Positions 8,000-17,682 of a DNA stretch of 50,560 bases are shown in pieces; positions within the stretch are counted from its first letter, which is position 1, and every line of letters starts with the position of its first letter. Where the stretch lies: positions 1 through 50,560 of the forward strand of contig CAZGKO010000006.1 in the NCBI GenBank assembly GCA_964526005.1, read 5' to 3'. Made by a program: the position numbers and the translations under genes. The notes beneath the pieces are model-generated. The model was not told the origin of the DNA. It did no database searches and worked only from the letters and a program-made list of their open reading frames with translations. The DNA comes from an uncultured Candidatus Peribacteria bacterium. Its GTDB lineage: Bacteria; Patescibacteriota; Gracilibacteria; UBA1369.

Positions 8000-9208
8000 C
8001 TATAGTTTAAAATATGCTACTGCCGCATCCATTTGAGCATCTTTACCATTTTTTAAATCTTTTATAGTATCTTCTATTTTAATATCTGGTTTTAAACCGA
8101 TATGATTAATATTTTTATTATCTGGTGTATACCATTTGGCAATTGTAAAACGTAATGAAGAACCATCAGATAAAGGATCAACTTCTTGCACAGAACCTTT
8201 TCCATAAGAAGTTACCCCCATCAAAACTCCTCGCTTCAAATCGTGAACAGCCGCCGCCACTATTTCTGCTGCTGATGCGGAACCTTTATTAATCAAAACC
8301 ACCATTGGTACATTTCCCAAAATGGTTTTACCATCGGTTTTCAGTATTTCATTTTTACTGGAATCTCGGTATTTTACACTTGTAACGGTTTTTTCCCCAT
8401 TAATGATTGAAGATAAAACTTCCACCGCTCCTTCCAGATAACCCCCTCCATTATATCGTAAATCCAAAATTAATCCTTTTGGATGTTTTAATTTAATTGC
8501 ATTTAATGCTTTATCAAACCCTATTTTCGTATCATCGGAAAACTGATTAATTGTTACCGCCCAAATTCCTGATCCCATATCTTTGCTTTCTACAGATGAA
8601 ACGGTAATTGTATCTCTGGTTATTTTAATGTCAAAAGGCTTAAGAGTCCCTTTTCTAATTATTGTCAAAGTTACGGTTGTACCTTTTTTACCACGAATTT
8701 TATTAATTGCATCATATAATGAATTATTGTCAACAGCCTGTCCATCAATTTTCTCAATAATATCATTGGGCATTATTCCCGCTGCTTTTGCTGGAGAACC
8801 GTTTAAGGTATTTATAACTACCAATGCTCCATCCTTCACTGTCATCTCTGCTCCAATTCCATCAAGTTTTGAATTTAAACTTTCATTAAAATCTTTAGCT
8901 TCGGTGGGATCCATATAAACCGTATATGGATCATTCAAAGATTCAACCAATCCTCTTGCTGCACCAAAAGACATTTTTTTAGTGGTAATTTCAGACTGTT
9001 CATAATATTGCTGCAGTAAAATTTTTTCTACTTTACTTAAATCTGTTAAGTCCAAATTTTGACTTTTACCAGTTACTCCAGAAAGTATAGAAGTGGCATT
9101 AGTTACTGAATTTAATTGAGTGGGTCCTGAATAAAATATACCTCGAACTATCCAACCTCCCCAGAAAACCAAAGCAAAAAGTAATAAGTAACTGATTTTT
9201 CTATTCAT
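8000..9208 (-). CDS. ctp: Carboxy-terminal processing protease, peptidase S41 with PDZ domain
   Basis: 402 aa. N-terminal membrane anchor, PDZ segment GIGAEMTVKDGALVVINTLNGSPAKAAGIMPNDIIEKIDG, and catalytic region LINKGSASAAEIVAAAV...YGKGSVQ. Confidence 0.85.
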   Translation of the reverse strand: MNRKISYLLLFALVFWGGWIVRGIFYSGPTQLNSVTNATSILSGVTGKSQNLDLTDLSKVEKILLQQYYEQSEITTKKMSFGAARGLVESLNDPYTVYMDPTEAKDFNESLNSKLDGIGAEMTVKDGALVVINTLNGSPAKAAGIMPNDIIEKIDGQAVDNNSLYDAINKIRGKKGTTVTLTIIRKGTLKPFDIKITRDTITVSSVESKDMGSGIWAVTINQFSDDTKIGFDKALNAIKLKHPKGLILDLRYNGGGYLEGAVEVLSSIINGEKTVTSVKYRDSSKNEILKTDGKTILGNVPMVVLINKGSASAAEIVAAAVHDLKRGVLMGVTSYGKGSVQEVDPLSDGSSLRFTIAKWYTPDNKNINHIGLKPDIKIEDTIKDLKNGKDAQMDAAVAYFKL

Positions 9209-9209
9209 C

Positions 9210-10067
9210 TTAATTATTATTTATTTTTTGAATACGCTTGATAGAAAGAGCATAACCAGTTTTATCATCAACTTCAATCAAAACCGCTTGAAAAATCCAT
9301 GGTTCGGGAGCCACATCATGTTTAATCGGCACTCCCATTAATTGATGTTTAACAATAATATGTGGACTGATACCAATCACTGAATTCATCGGACCATTCA
9401 ATCCTACATCGCTTAAATATGCTGTCCCCTGCGGAAAAATCTGTTCATCGGCTGTTTGCACATGGGTATGTGTACCAATTACAGCACTTACTTTCCCATC
9501 CATAAAATATCCAAAAGCTAATTTTTCACCAGTCGCTTCTCCATGAATATCAATAAATACCGCATCATAACCTGCTTTTTTAATCCCAATCACATTATCA
9601 TTTTTACTATATGTATCTGGATCAGATTCTTTTTTTAAAATACCGCGCTTAATTAAAATCTTTTCAACACTACGAAATGGATCATTCACTATTCCCGGCA
9701 TAAATAATTGTCCACTAACATTGATTATCAAAATTTTCCGTTCATCTTTTAAAACCGCTACTCCATCACCGTGTCCAGGAGCATCATCTAAATAATTTAA
9801 GGGTCTAAGTAATAGAGTATCTTTTTTATTTAAGTAGGGATAAATATCTTTATCTTTCCAAATATGATTTCCAGAAGTAAAAAAATCTACTCCAGCTTTT
9901 TTCATCTCTTCTAATTTATTTGGAGAAACTCCTTTACCATGATTAATATTTTCAATATTGGCAATAACCAAATCCAGTTTTCTTTTTTTTCTTAAATCAG
10001 GTAATAGCGTCTTCACCGCATTTCTTCCAGGCTTTCCAAATACGTCACCGATAAATAATATTTTCAT
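9210..10067 (-). CDS. ymdB: YmdB-family metallophosphoesterase (2',3'-cyclic-nucleotide phosphodiesterase family)
   Basis: 285 aa. Contains MKILFIGDVFGKPGRNAV...NIENINHGKG...TSGNHIW...DIHGEATGEK...GTHTHVQTAD, typical of the TIGR00282-type family. Confidence 0.8.
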   Translation of the reverse strand: MKILFIGDVFGKPGRNAVKTLLPDLRKKRKLDLVIANIENINHGKGVSPNKLEEMKKAGVDFFTSGNHIWKDKDIYPYLNKKDTLLLRPLNYLDDAPGHGDGVAVLKDERKILIINVSGQLFMPGIVNDPFRSVEKILIKRGILKKESDPDTYSKNDNVIGIKKAGYDAVFIDIHGEATGEKLAFGYFMDGKVSAVIGTHTHVQTADEQIFPQGTAYLSDVGLNGPMNSVIGISPHIIVKHQLMGVPIKHDVAPEPWIFQAVLIEVDDKTGYALSIKRIQKINNN

Positions 10068-10238
10068 AATTTCACTTTATTATTCTTGATATAAGGTTAT
10101 TCCTAATACATATCAACCGATACATTACAATATGAAAGAATTTATCTTATTCGCTTAATTTCAGCAAATTTTTATTTTGATTTTATTTTCTTTTGCTAAA
10201 ACCAAACTATATCTCGCGGATATGTATATTGAAGATAT

Positions 10239-10267
10239 TTGACGGTGAGTATTTACTCACCTATTAT
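10239..10267 (+). promoter_or_regulatory. Near-consensus sigma70-type promoter of recA (TTGACG-17-TATTAT) whose spacer is filled by an 18-bp palindrome
   Basis: -35 TTGACG at 10239..10244 and -10 TATTAT at 10262..10267. The palindrome GGTGAGTA-TT-TACTCACC spans 10244..10261 (8-bp perfect arms). The promoter ends about 40 nt upstream of the recA ATG. Confidence 0.5.
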
Positions 10268-10305
10268 CTCAGTAAGCTTAAAAATAATTTAACAATATCA
10301 AATTT

Positions 10306-11424
10306 ATGGCTACACAAAGCGACAAACAGAAAGCGATTGAATTAGCTCTCGATCAAATTGAAAGGGCTTTTGGAAAGGGGTCTATCATGCGTATGGGTGA
10401 ATCTCAAGGAATTCAAGTGGCAACTTTTCCTTCTGGCGCACTTTCTTTAGATTTAGCCATGGGGGGCGGTGTTCCTCGGGGTAGAATTGTGGAAGTTTAT
10501 GGACCGGAAAGTTCCGGAAAAACCACCCTCACTTTGCACATGATTAGTGAAGTTCAAAAGACTGGGGGAATGGCAGGTTTCATCGACGCAGAACATGCAC
10601 TTGATCCAGAATATGCCAAAAAAATCGGTGTTGATTTAAATAATCTATTAATTTCTCAACCGGATTCTGGTGAACAAGCTTTAGAAATTACTGAAACTTT
10701 AGTTCGCTCTAATGCTCTTGATCTAATTGTGATTGACTCAGTTGCCGCATTAACTCCCAAGGCTGAAATAGAAGGAGAAATGGGAGATGCCCACATGGGT
10801 TTACAAGCTCGATTAATGAGTCAAGCTCTCCGTAAATTAACTGCCGCAATTAGTAAATCCAAAACTACTGTTCTTTTCATTAACCAATTACGCATCAAAA
10901 TTGGTGTTATGTTCGGTAATCCTGAAACTACTACCGGTGGAAATGCCCTTAAATTTTATTCTTCCGTACGTATGGAAATTCGTTCCATTGCTAAATTAGA
11001 AGGAGGAAATGGTGAAGAAAAGAAATATATTGGTCATCGTGTGAGAGTAAAAATTGTTAAAAATAAAGTGGCTCCACCATTTCAAATTGCCGAGTTTGAT
11101 ATTCTTTATAATACTGGAATCTGTCGTATTGGTGATCTCCTTGATTTGGCGGTTAAATATGAAATAGTTAAAAAGGCCGGTGCATTCTATAGTTATAAAG
11201 ATTTAAGAATCGGTCAGGGTCGGGAGAATGTAAAAACTTTTCTAAAAACTAAAGAGAATAAAAAATTAGCAGAAGAAATGGAAAAAGATGTACTCAATTA
11301 TATTAATAAATTAAAATCATCTCAATTGACTACTGAACAAACTGAAACTAAAACAGCAGCTGCCCCGATCAAAAGCAGTACTGCTTCTAAAGTATCCCCT
11401 CGCCAGACTGTTGTTAAGAAGTAA
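10306..11424 (+). CDS. recA: Recombinase RecA
   Basis: 372 aa. Contains [30 protein letters not shown] and [28 protein letters not shown]. Confidence 0.97.
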   Translation: MATQSDKQKAIELALDQIERAFGKGSIMRMGESQGIQVATFPSGALSLDLAMGGGVPRGRIVEVYGPESSGKTTLTLHMISEVQKTGGMAGFIDAEHALDPEYAKKIGVDLNNLLISQPDSGEQALEITETLVRSNALDLIVIDSVAALTPKAEIEGEMGDAHMGLQARLMSQALRKLTAAISKSKTTVLFINQLRIKIGVMFGNPETTTGGNALKFYSSVRMEIRSIAKLEGGNGEEKKYIGHRVRVKIVKNKVAPPFQIAEFDILYNTGICRIGDLLDLAVKYEIVKKAGAFYSYKDLRIGQGRENVKTFLKTKENKKLAEEMEKDVLNYINKLKSSQLTTEQTETKTAAAPIKSSTASKVSPRQTVVKK

Positions 11425-11447
11425 ATTACTAATTAATCAAGCTTTCT

Positions 11448-11475
11448 ATCCCCTCGTATAGACGGGGGGATTTTA
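11448..11475 (+). terminator. Probable rho-independent terminator after recA
   Basis: A GC-rich hairpin, ATCCCCTCGTATAGACGGGGGGAT, followed by TTTTATT. Confidence 0.55.
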
Positions 11476-11501
11476 TTACCAAATTTTAAATTATTTCTTG
11501 C

Positions 11502-11981
11502 ATGTCACCAACTCAAAAAAAACTACTGGAATATTGTTATTATTTATTAGGTCGTTGCCGATATACTACGATGGAGATTCATCGTAAAATAAAAAGAAAA
11601 AATACTGCATATATTGAACCCGCCACCACTGACCAACTTAAAGAAATTATTGATTATTTACTTCAAAAAAATTATCTCAATGATCAAGAATATATTTCTT
11701 TATATTTAGAAGGTCCAGCTCAAAGAAAATCTCTTGGTCCCAATCGTATTAAGGCTGAATTATCCCGTAAAGGATTACAATTTGATCTAGTTAAACAACA
11801 ATTAACTTTAAATAATTATCAAGAGATTTTACATGCGGAAAATTTTCTCGCTAAAAAATATCCTCAACAAAATTTCCAGACACTTGACCAAAAAACTCGT
11901 TCTAAAATTTTCCGCCAACTCTATTCACGCGGTTTTACTACATCTACTATTTCTCAACTCCTTAATTATATTGAACGATAA
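11502..11981 (+). CDS. recX: RecX-like regulatory protein
   Basis: 159 aa. Lies immediately downstream of recA and has repeated helical RecX-like segments (LNDQEYISLYLEG...GPNRIKAELSRKGL...SKIFRQLYSRGF). Confidence 0.7.
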   Translation: MSPTQKKLLEYCYYLLGRCRYTTMEIHRKIKRKNTAYIEPATTDQLKEIIDYLLQKNYLNDQEYISLYLEGPAQRKSLGPNRIKAELSRKGLQFDLVKQQLTLNNYQEILHAENFLAKKYPQQNFQTLDQKTRSKIFRQLYSRGFTTSTISQLLNYIER

Positions 11982-12218
11982 ATCAAATATTCAACTATGA
12001 ACTAAACAAAATCATTCACCTTGCACTTCAACCCCGAATCTATTTTAAGAACCTTATATTCCTTTGTGTAAATAATCTCTTCCTATCTTATGCCATATTT
12101 CAACCTCATGTTCAAGATAAGCAAGCTTGGCATCAAAATTCTTTACTTTTTTTACTTTTTCATTTACATTGATAATGTAAAGAAATCTTAAAGTTTAAGA
12201 TTTCGACTTTTCTATAAC

Positions 12219-13478
12219 TTGCAAAACATGCAATCACAATTCTTAGCTGCTATCAATCAAATCTGTGATGAAAAAAATATTCCCAAAGAGCAGGTTTTGG
12301 AAACTGTTAGGGCAGCCCTGCGAGCTGCTTACCGTAAAGATTATGGGAATAAAGACCAGAATATTGAGGTGGAAATGGAAGATGAAAAAGAACAATTTAC
12401 AGTTTATCTGGTTAAAGAAATCGTCAAAAAAGTAGAAGATGCTGAAACCCAAATCGCACTAAAAGATGCTTTAAAATATAGAAAAGATGCTAAAGTCGGT
12501 GGTGTCATTAAAATTGATGTAACTCCTTTGGAATATGGACGTATTGCTGCGCAATCCGCTAAACAAGTAATTATTCAAAAAATTCAGGAAGCAGAAAGGG
12601 AAGTAATGTATGAAAATTTTAAAGATCGTGAAAATGAATTAGTAAATGCTTTAGTTCAAAGAGTAGAAAATGGGACGGTCTATGTTAATTTAGATAATAA
12701 ATTAACAACTATTCTTTCACATGAACATCAAATTCCTCGTGAAAAATATTATGCTGGACAGAGATTAAAACTTTATCTCGATAAAGTAATTAAAACTACC
12801 CGTGGTCCTCAACTAATTATTTCTCGTTCTATGCCTAATTTAGTTATTAAACTGATGGAATTAGAAATTCCAGAAATTAAAAGCGGTTTAGTGGAAATTA
12901 AAACCGTTGCTCGCGAACCTGGAGTACGTGCAAAAATCGCCGTGATTTCCAATGATCCTAAAATTGATCCAATTGGATCTTGTGTAGGTCAGAAAGGTGT
13001 GCGTGTTCAAAATGTTATGGATGAATTAAATGGCGAAAGGATAGATGTAATCGCATGGTCTGAAGATTTAACTAAATATATTAAAACTGCTTTGGCTCCG
13101 GCAAAAGTTGTCAGCATTGATATTGACGAAAATCAAAGAAGAGCCAAAATTTATGTTAATCCCGATCAAAGACCTTTAGCAATCGGTAAAAATGGGCAAA
13201 ATGTTCGCCTGGCTTCCAAACTTATTGGATATGAATTAGATATCCTAGATGTTGGAGATAAAATATCGGCAGCTGAGGCTGAAAAGGGACCTAAAATTGA
13301 AAATATTAAGGATATTACTGCTTTTTCACCTGAACTCATCAAAAAATTAGAAGATGCCAATTTTACCATGGTTTCTCAATTACACGGACTTGGTGTGGGA
13401 GATCTTACTGCAATTGAAGAAATTTCTGAAGAAGAAGCTAATTTAATTGCAGAGGAAGTTCAAAAAGCAGAAGCATAA
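12219..13478 (+). CDS. nusA: Transcription termination/antitermination factor NusA
   Basis: 419 aa with N-terminal, S1 and two KH domains (GPQLIISRSMPNLVIKLMELEIPEI...VAREPGVRAKIAV...GSCVGQKGVRVQNV). The TTG at 12219 or the ATG at 12228 may be the true start. Confidence 0.93.
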   Translation: MQNMQSQFLAAINQICDEKNIPKEQVLETVRAALRAAYRKDYGNKDQNIEVEMEDEKEQFTVYLVKEIVKKVEDAETQIALKDALKYRKDAKVGGVIKIDVTPLEYGRIAAQSAKQVIIQKIQEAEREVMYENFKDRENELVNALVQRVENGTVYVNLDNKLTTILSHEHQIPREKYYAGQRLKLYLDKVIKTTRGPQLIISRSMPNLVIKLMELEIPEIKSGLVEIKTVAREPGVRAKIAVISNDPKIDPIGSCVGQKGVRVQNVMDELNGERIDVIAWSEDLTKYIKTALAPAKVVSIDIDENQRRAKIYVNPDQRPLAIGKNGQNVRLASKLIGYELDILDVGDKISAAEAEKGPKIENIKDITAFSPELIKKLEDANFTMVSQLHGLGVGDLTAIEEISEEEANLIAEEVQKAEA

Positions 13479-13587
13479 TCCGTAGCACCTTCCCTGCTCT
13501 CTTGTGTTCTTAACCTTTAGTATTTTTCAGACTCAATCTGGAAAATCCAACTTAAAAATGCTATAATATAGGGATTTAAATTTATTT

Positions 13588-15564
13588 ATGTCAGAAAATA
13601 CGCCAAACCAATCAAATCCTTCAAGCCAAATGGCTGGTTCAATAACCCAAAACCAGAATACAATTAATCATTCCCAGAATGCGGAAGGTGTTTTGAAAAA
13701 ATATACTCCAGAACAAAATTCGACCTCAACAGCACAAGGCTCAACAGCACAAGGCTCAACAGCACAAGGCTCAACAGCAGAAAGCTCAACAGCAGAAAGC
13801 TCAACAGCAGAAAGCTCAACAGCAGAAGGCTCAACAGCAGAAAGCTCAACAGCAGAAAGCTCAACAGCAGAAAGCTCCACAGCCCAAAGTTCCAAAAAAA
13901 TAAATGAAGAAAAAATAAAAACTCAATTTGAAGTAATGACAGGGAATTTGGAAAAAATGAAAAGAGAGGCAAAAGAAAAAGATACTCAACAAAAGGCCGC
14001 TCAATTGGGCATGAATTATATTAATATTGCGATTACACCGATTAATCCAGATTTATTAAAAATAATACCTGCAGAAATTGCGGAAACAAATTTAATTTTC
14101 CCATTTTATCGTTTGGGGAAAAAATTAAGAGTTACCATGGCTCACCCTACTAATGCAGGGACATTAATGGTAATTAAAGATTTAAAACAAAAAGGTTATT
14201 CAATTAATAATAATTTTTCTTCTGAAGAGGGGATTAGAGATGCTCTTAAGATTTATCATAGCAGTCAATATCGTCCAGTTAAAAAAATTGCAACTGGACT
14301 AGATGAATCAAAGTTACAAACTTATGAAAAAGAATTGGTGAAATTACAGGATCTCGGTGAAAAAGTGAAAGGGATTACTGCCGAAGAGGCAGTTTATATG
14401 ATTTGTATTGCCGGAGTTAAAGCCGGCGCTTCCGACATTCATTTGGAAGCGGAAGAACATTTTATCAGAGGACGTATACGTATTGATGGAATGCTTCATG
14501 AAGTATTTAAAATTAATCATGAGACATTTGTAAATATTTCCAGTCAAATTAAGTATCAATCTAAAATGCGAATTAATGTGAGTAATGTGCCACAAGATGG
14601 ACGTTTTAATTTCACTGTTAATCAAAGAAAAATTGATGTCAGAGTTTCTGCATTACCCACTGAATTTGGCGAAAGTTTTGTATTTAGACTTTTAGATTCC
14701 AGTCGAAAATTACTTAGTTTTGAAGAATTGGGATTTACTGGATCTTATTTAAATAAAGTAATTAAATTAACTGATCTTTCTCATGGCATGATATTGGTAA
14801 CTGGTCCCACGGGTTCTGGAAAAACCACTACTCTTTATACCATGTTGTCAAAATTCAATAAACCAGAAGTGAAAATTATTACCATGGAAGATCCAATTGA
14901 ATATCATTTGCCCGGAATTAATCAAAGCCAGATTGATGAAAAACACGGTTATGATTTTGCCAGTGGTCTGCGCTCCGTGCTCCGTCAAGATCCTGAAGTA
15001 ATTATGATTGGTGAAATTCGTGATTTGGCAACCGCTGAAACAGCAGCGCAGGCCGCATTGACTGGGCATGTGATGCTTTCCACTTTACATACAAATAGTG
15101 CTATAGAAACTATCCCTCGTCTAATTAATATTGGTTTACCAGCATTTATGATTGCCCCTTCTTTACATACCATTATTGCACAGAGATTGGCTCGGCGCAT
15201 TTGTCCCAATTGTGCTGTTAAAAAACCAGTTCCACAGTCTGAGCGTGATGAAATAGAAAAAGTTTTAACAATGATACGTAAAGTCAGACCTTCGGAGAAA
15301 CATGAAATGCCTGCTGAATTACCACAAATTGTAGGCTGTGATGTATGTAGTCATACTGGTTATAAAGGACAAGTCACTTTATTAGAAATGCTTGAAGTAG
15401 ATTTTGAAATGAAAGATTTAATTTTAAATAAAACTTCTACAACTAAAATGATTGGATCCGCTCGTACTAAAGGGATGATTACCATACGTGAAGATGGAAT
15501 ATTAAAAGTTCTTGCCGGTATCACCACTTTAGAAGAAGTGCATCGCTCCACTAATATTATGTAA
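13588..15564 (+). CDS. pilB: Type IV pilus / type II secretion assembly ATPase (PilB/GspE family) with a low-complexity N-terminal repeat
   Basis: 658 aa. Contains a T2SSE_N-like segment, Walker A VTGPTGSGKTTTLY, Asp box, Walker B IMIGEIRD, His box LSTLHTN, and the tetracysteine motif CPNC...CDVC. Confidence 0.9.
   Translation: MSENTPNQSNPSSQMAGSITQNQNTINHSQNAEGVLKKYTPEQNSTSTAQGSTAQGSTAQGSTAESSTAESSTAESSTAEGSTAESSTAESSTAESSTAQSSKKINEEKIKTQFEVMTGNLEKMKREAKEKDTQQKAAQLGMNYINIAITPINPDLLKIIPAEIAETNLIFPFYRLGKKLRVTMAHPTNAGTLMVIKDLKQKGYSINNNFSSEEGIRDALKIYHSSQYRPVKKIATGLDESKLQTYEKELVKLQDLGEKVKGITAEEAVYMICIAGVKAGASDIHLEAEEHFIRGRIRIDGMLHEVFKINHETFVNISSQIKYQSKMRINVSNVPQDGRFNFTVNQRKIDVRVSALPTEFGESFVFRLLDSSRKLLSFEELGFTGSYLNKVIKLTDLSHGMILVTGPTGSGKTTTLYTMLSKFNKPEVKIITMEDPIEYHLPGINQSQIDEKHGYDFASGLRSVLRQDPEVIMIGEIRDLATAETAAQAALTGHVMLSTLHTNSAIETIPRLINIGLPAFMIAPSLHTIIAQRLARRICPNCAVKKPVPQSERDEIEKVLTMIRKVRPSEKHEMPAELPQIVGCDVCSHTGYKGQVTLLEMLEVDFEMKDLILNKTSTTKMIGSARTKGMITIREDGILKVLAGITTLEEVHRSTNIM
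13726..13890 (+). repeat. 11 tandem copies of a 15-bp unit (TCAACAGCA[C/G]AA[G/A]GC) encoding (STAQG)3(STAES)3(STAEG)(STAES)3(STAQS)
   Basis: Read directly from the sequence. The repeat is in frame inside the pilB N-terminus. Confidence 0.95.
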
Positions 15565-16426
15565 ATTTTTCCCACTTATTTAAAAAATTTTGAAAAATAA
15601 TTTTCTCTAATTCTAGATTTGTCAGTAATAAAATTAATTGTCCAAATTCCAATCCCGTCCTCTGTTGAAGTTCAGAAGTGCTTAAATTTTCTCTTTCCAA
15701 AAATTGCCAAATTAATCTTTCTTCTATACTTAAATTAAGTGATTTCTTAATTGTTTTAATATTATTAAAATGGAAAATATCTTCTAAATCTTTTATATCG
15801 GTTAATAGAGCGGATTCACCTTTTTTAATTAAATTATTTGTACCGTGACTCTGTAACTTATAAATATTTCCGGGAATAGCCCAAACCATTCTATTTTGTT
15901 TTAAAGCATGATTTGCGGTATTTAAAGCTCCAGATTTATAATCTGCTTCCACCACAATCACGCCTTTGCCAAGCCCACTAATAATTCTATTTCTTTCCAA
16001 AAAAGTATATTTACGGGCACTTGCATTTATTTCATATTCCGTAATAATCGAGCCACCATTTTGTAAAATTTTTCTCATTAATGAAAAATTTTGATAAACC
16101 CTATTCAATCCGCAAGGTAAAACAGCAATTGTTTGCCCACCACTAGCTATAGCCTGTTCATGTACTGCTGTATCAATGCCAATAGCAAGTCCGCTAACTA
16201 TTATTAAACCGCAATTAACGCATTGATCGGTGATTCGTTTGGTTATTTGTATTCCTTCTTTACTACATTTTCGCATTCCAACTATTGCAATTTTATCTCT
16301 ATTATCTAAAGGTGCCCCAAGACAAAAAAGTTGTTTTGGAGGATTGTAAATAGTCTTCAATAAAACTGGGAATTCTTTAGAAGTTCTTTTTATTATTGTT
16401 ACTTTTTTTTCAATAATATTATTCAT
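15557..16426 (-). CDS. dprA: DNA-processing protein DprA (Smf)
   Basis: 289 aa. Contains IVSGLAIGIDTAVHEQAIASGGQTIAVLPCGL and a C-terminal wHTH-like segment. It overlaps the convergent pilB gene by 8 nt. Confidence 0.88.
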   Translation of the reverse strand: MNNIIEKKVTIIKRTSKEFPVLLKTIYNPPKQLFCLGAPLDNRDKIAIVGMRKCSKEGIQITKRITDQCVNCGLIIVSGLAIGIDTAVHEQAIASGGQTIAVLPCGLNRVYQNFSLMRKILQNGGSIITEYEINASARKYTFLERNRIISGLGKGVIVVEADYKSGALNTANHALKQNRMVWAIPGNIYKLQSHGTNNLIKKGESALLTDIKDLEDIFHFNNIKTIKKSLNLSIEERLIWQFLERENLSTSELQQRTGLEFGQLILLLTNLELEKIIFQNFLNKWEKFT

Positions 16427-16603
16427 CTGAATAAAAAATATTCCAGATCTTTAATCTTACATTTAAAAAAACCTTAACGTTTCAATATATGCGATGTTTT
16501 GCGGAACGCAGTGGAGCAAAATATGGGAGAGCGAAGTGCAATAAAATTGCTCTTTCGCTTGCTTCAGTGAAAAATATTTTTTTAATTAGTTAATTAAAAT
16601 TTA

Positions 16604-16937
16604 TTAAATAATTATAGTAGTTTTTTCATATAACATCGGGAAACATTCCTGTCTCATACGAAACTTAGTTCCATGATTATGGCCGGTGCGTGCATCAAAA
16701 TCAACAAGAATTTTTCCGTCTTCAAGTGCTTTTAAAAATCCTTCAAAATTAAATTTTTGCAACATCATAAGCGTTTGGAATCGGCAAATTATTTTCTTCA
16801 ATGCCAAGTAAATCTTCTAGAGTATTGCCAATACCTCCGTGATTACCTCTTCGTGCATTTGGAATAAACCCCATGGCAGAGATTTCTTTAAGTTTTGCTA
16901 TTAAAGCCTGTTTTGTGTAGATAGTTGGTTTTGTCAT
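16604..16937 (-). pseudogene. Remnant of an MvaI/BcnI-family Type II restriction endonuclease (internal deletion plus frameshift)
   Basis: Two overlapping short ORFs. The N-terminal piece is TKQALIAKLKEISAMGFIPNARRGNHGGIGNTLEDLLGIEENNLPIPN. The C-terminal piece is FNFEGFLKALEDGKILVDFDARTGHNHGTKFRMRQ. Together they total about 112 aa, against about 240 aa for intact family members. Most of the protein downstream of the N-terminal segment, including most of the catalytic core, is missing. Confidence 0.7.
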
Positions 16938-16939
16938 AT

Positions 16940-17682
16940 TTAAAATAGTTTAGTTTGTGATTTATGGATTTTGATTCTTTTTCTTGCTGACTGGCAATAT
17001 TCAGGTGAAATATCAATCCCTATATAATCACGTTTAAAATTTATTGCTGAAATTGCTGTTGTGCCGGAACCTATAAATGGATCTAGAATAATTTTGGCGT
17101 TTGTATATGAAATAATCCTATCAATTAAATTAACAGGGAAAGGAGCGGGATGTCCGTTTTTCATTTCTTGTGGTATTTCCCAAACATCTCCATGAGCATT
17201 AGCTTTTTTAGTAAGTTTAAATTTTGGTTTAGCAATAAGGTAAATAACTTCATAGGTTGGCAAAAAATAACCGGCGTTAAAATTCAACCCACCAGCTCGT
17301 TTCCAGATGATAATTTGACGGACAGGAAAACCATTAACAATATCTTGGCGGTCTTGTAATAAACCGCCCTGAACACGTCATTTATGATTATAAAAAATAG
17401 CTCCATCATCGGAAATTAATCGCATCATTTCGGTTAAACAATCTCTTTGCCATTTTACATATTCATCATGTGGCATATTATCGTCATAATGCGAATAACC
17501 TTTTTGTAAAGCATTTGCCCACTTACCACCCCGCCCATCTTTCATCCCATTTCCTGTAGAATTTTTGAGGTTATATGGGGTGAAGTCACAATTAAATTAA
17601 CCGATTCATCCGGTATTTTTTTCATTATATCAATTGCGTTGCCACAAATAATTTTGTTTATAAATTTAGTAATATCTGACAT
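16940..17682 (-). pseudogene. N4-cytosine-type (SPPY) DNA methyltransferase disrupted by one 1-nt frameshift and one in-frame TGA
   Basis: My translation from the ATG at 17682..17680 gives MSDITKFINKIICGNAIDIMKKIPDESVNLIVTSP. The frame is then lost in the C4 run at about 17577..17580. Restoring one C gives SPPYNLKNSTGNGMKDGRGGKW...DDGAIFYNHK. A TGA at 17380..17378 follows, then RVQGGLLQDRQDIVNGFPVRQIIIWKRAGG runs in frame into the tracked ORF 16940..17287 (HPAPFP, DPFIGSGTT). Confidence 0.8.

Noticed and set aside
11982-12218. The 237-nt gap upstream of nusA, where rimP usually sits, might hide a small gene or a structured RNA. It contains the palindrome TTTACATT-GAT-AATGTAAA.
   Set aside because: No ORF longer than about 16 codons with a plausible start is present, and I can name no conserved RNA motif. 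It is left as ordinary promoter or leader sequence.
13726-13890. The regular 15-bp repeat array could be mistaken for a CRISPR or other non-coding array.
   Set aside because: There are no spacers, the period is too short, and the repeats are in frame inside pilB, encoding (STA[QE][GS])n.
13664-13972. Antisense ORFs (102 aa and 75 aa) across the pilB repeat.
   Set aside because: They are low-complexity artefacts of the tandem repeat on the opposite strand of a well-supported gene.
17378-17380. An in-frame TGA at an apparent Trp position in the methyltransferase might indicate an alternative genetic code (UGA = Trp or Gly, as in Mycoplasma, SR1 or Gracilibacteria).
   Set aside because: murA terminates at a TGA (45529..45527) exactly where the protein should end. 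All long housekeeping ORFs are intact under the standard code. The same gene also carries a frameshift, so this is a nonsense mutation in a pseudogene.
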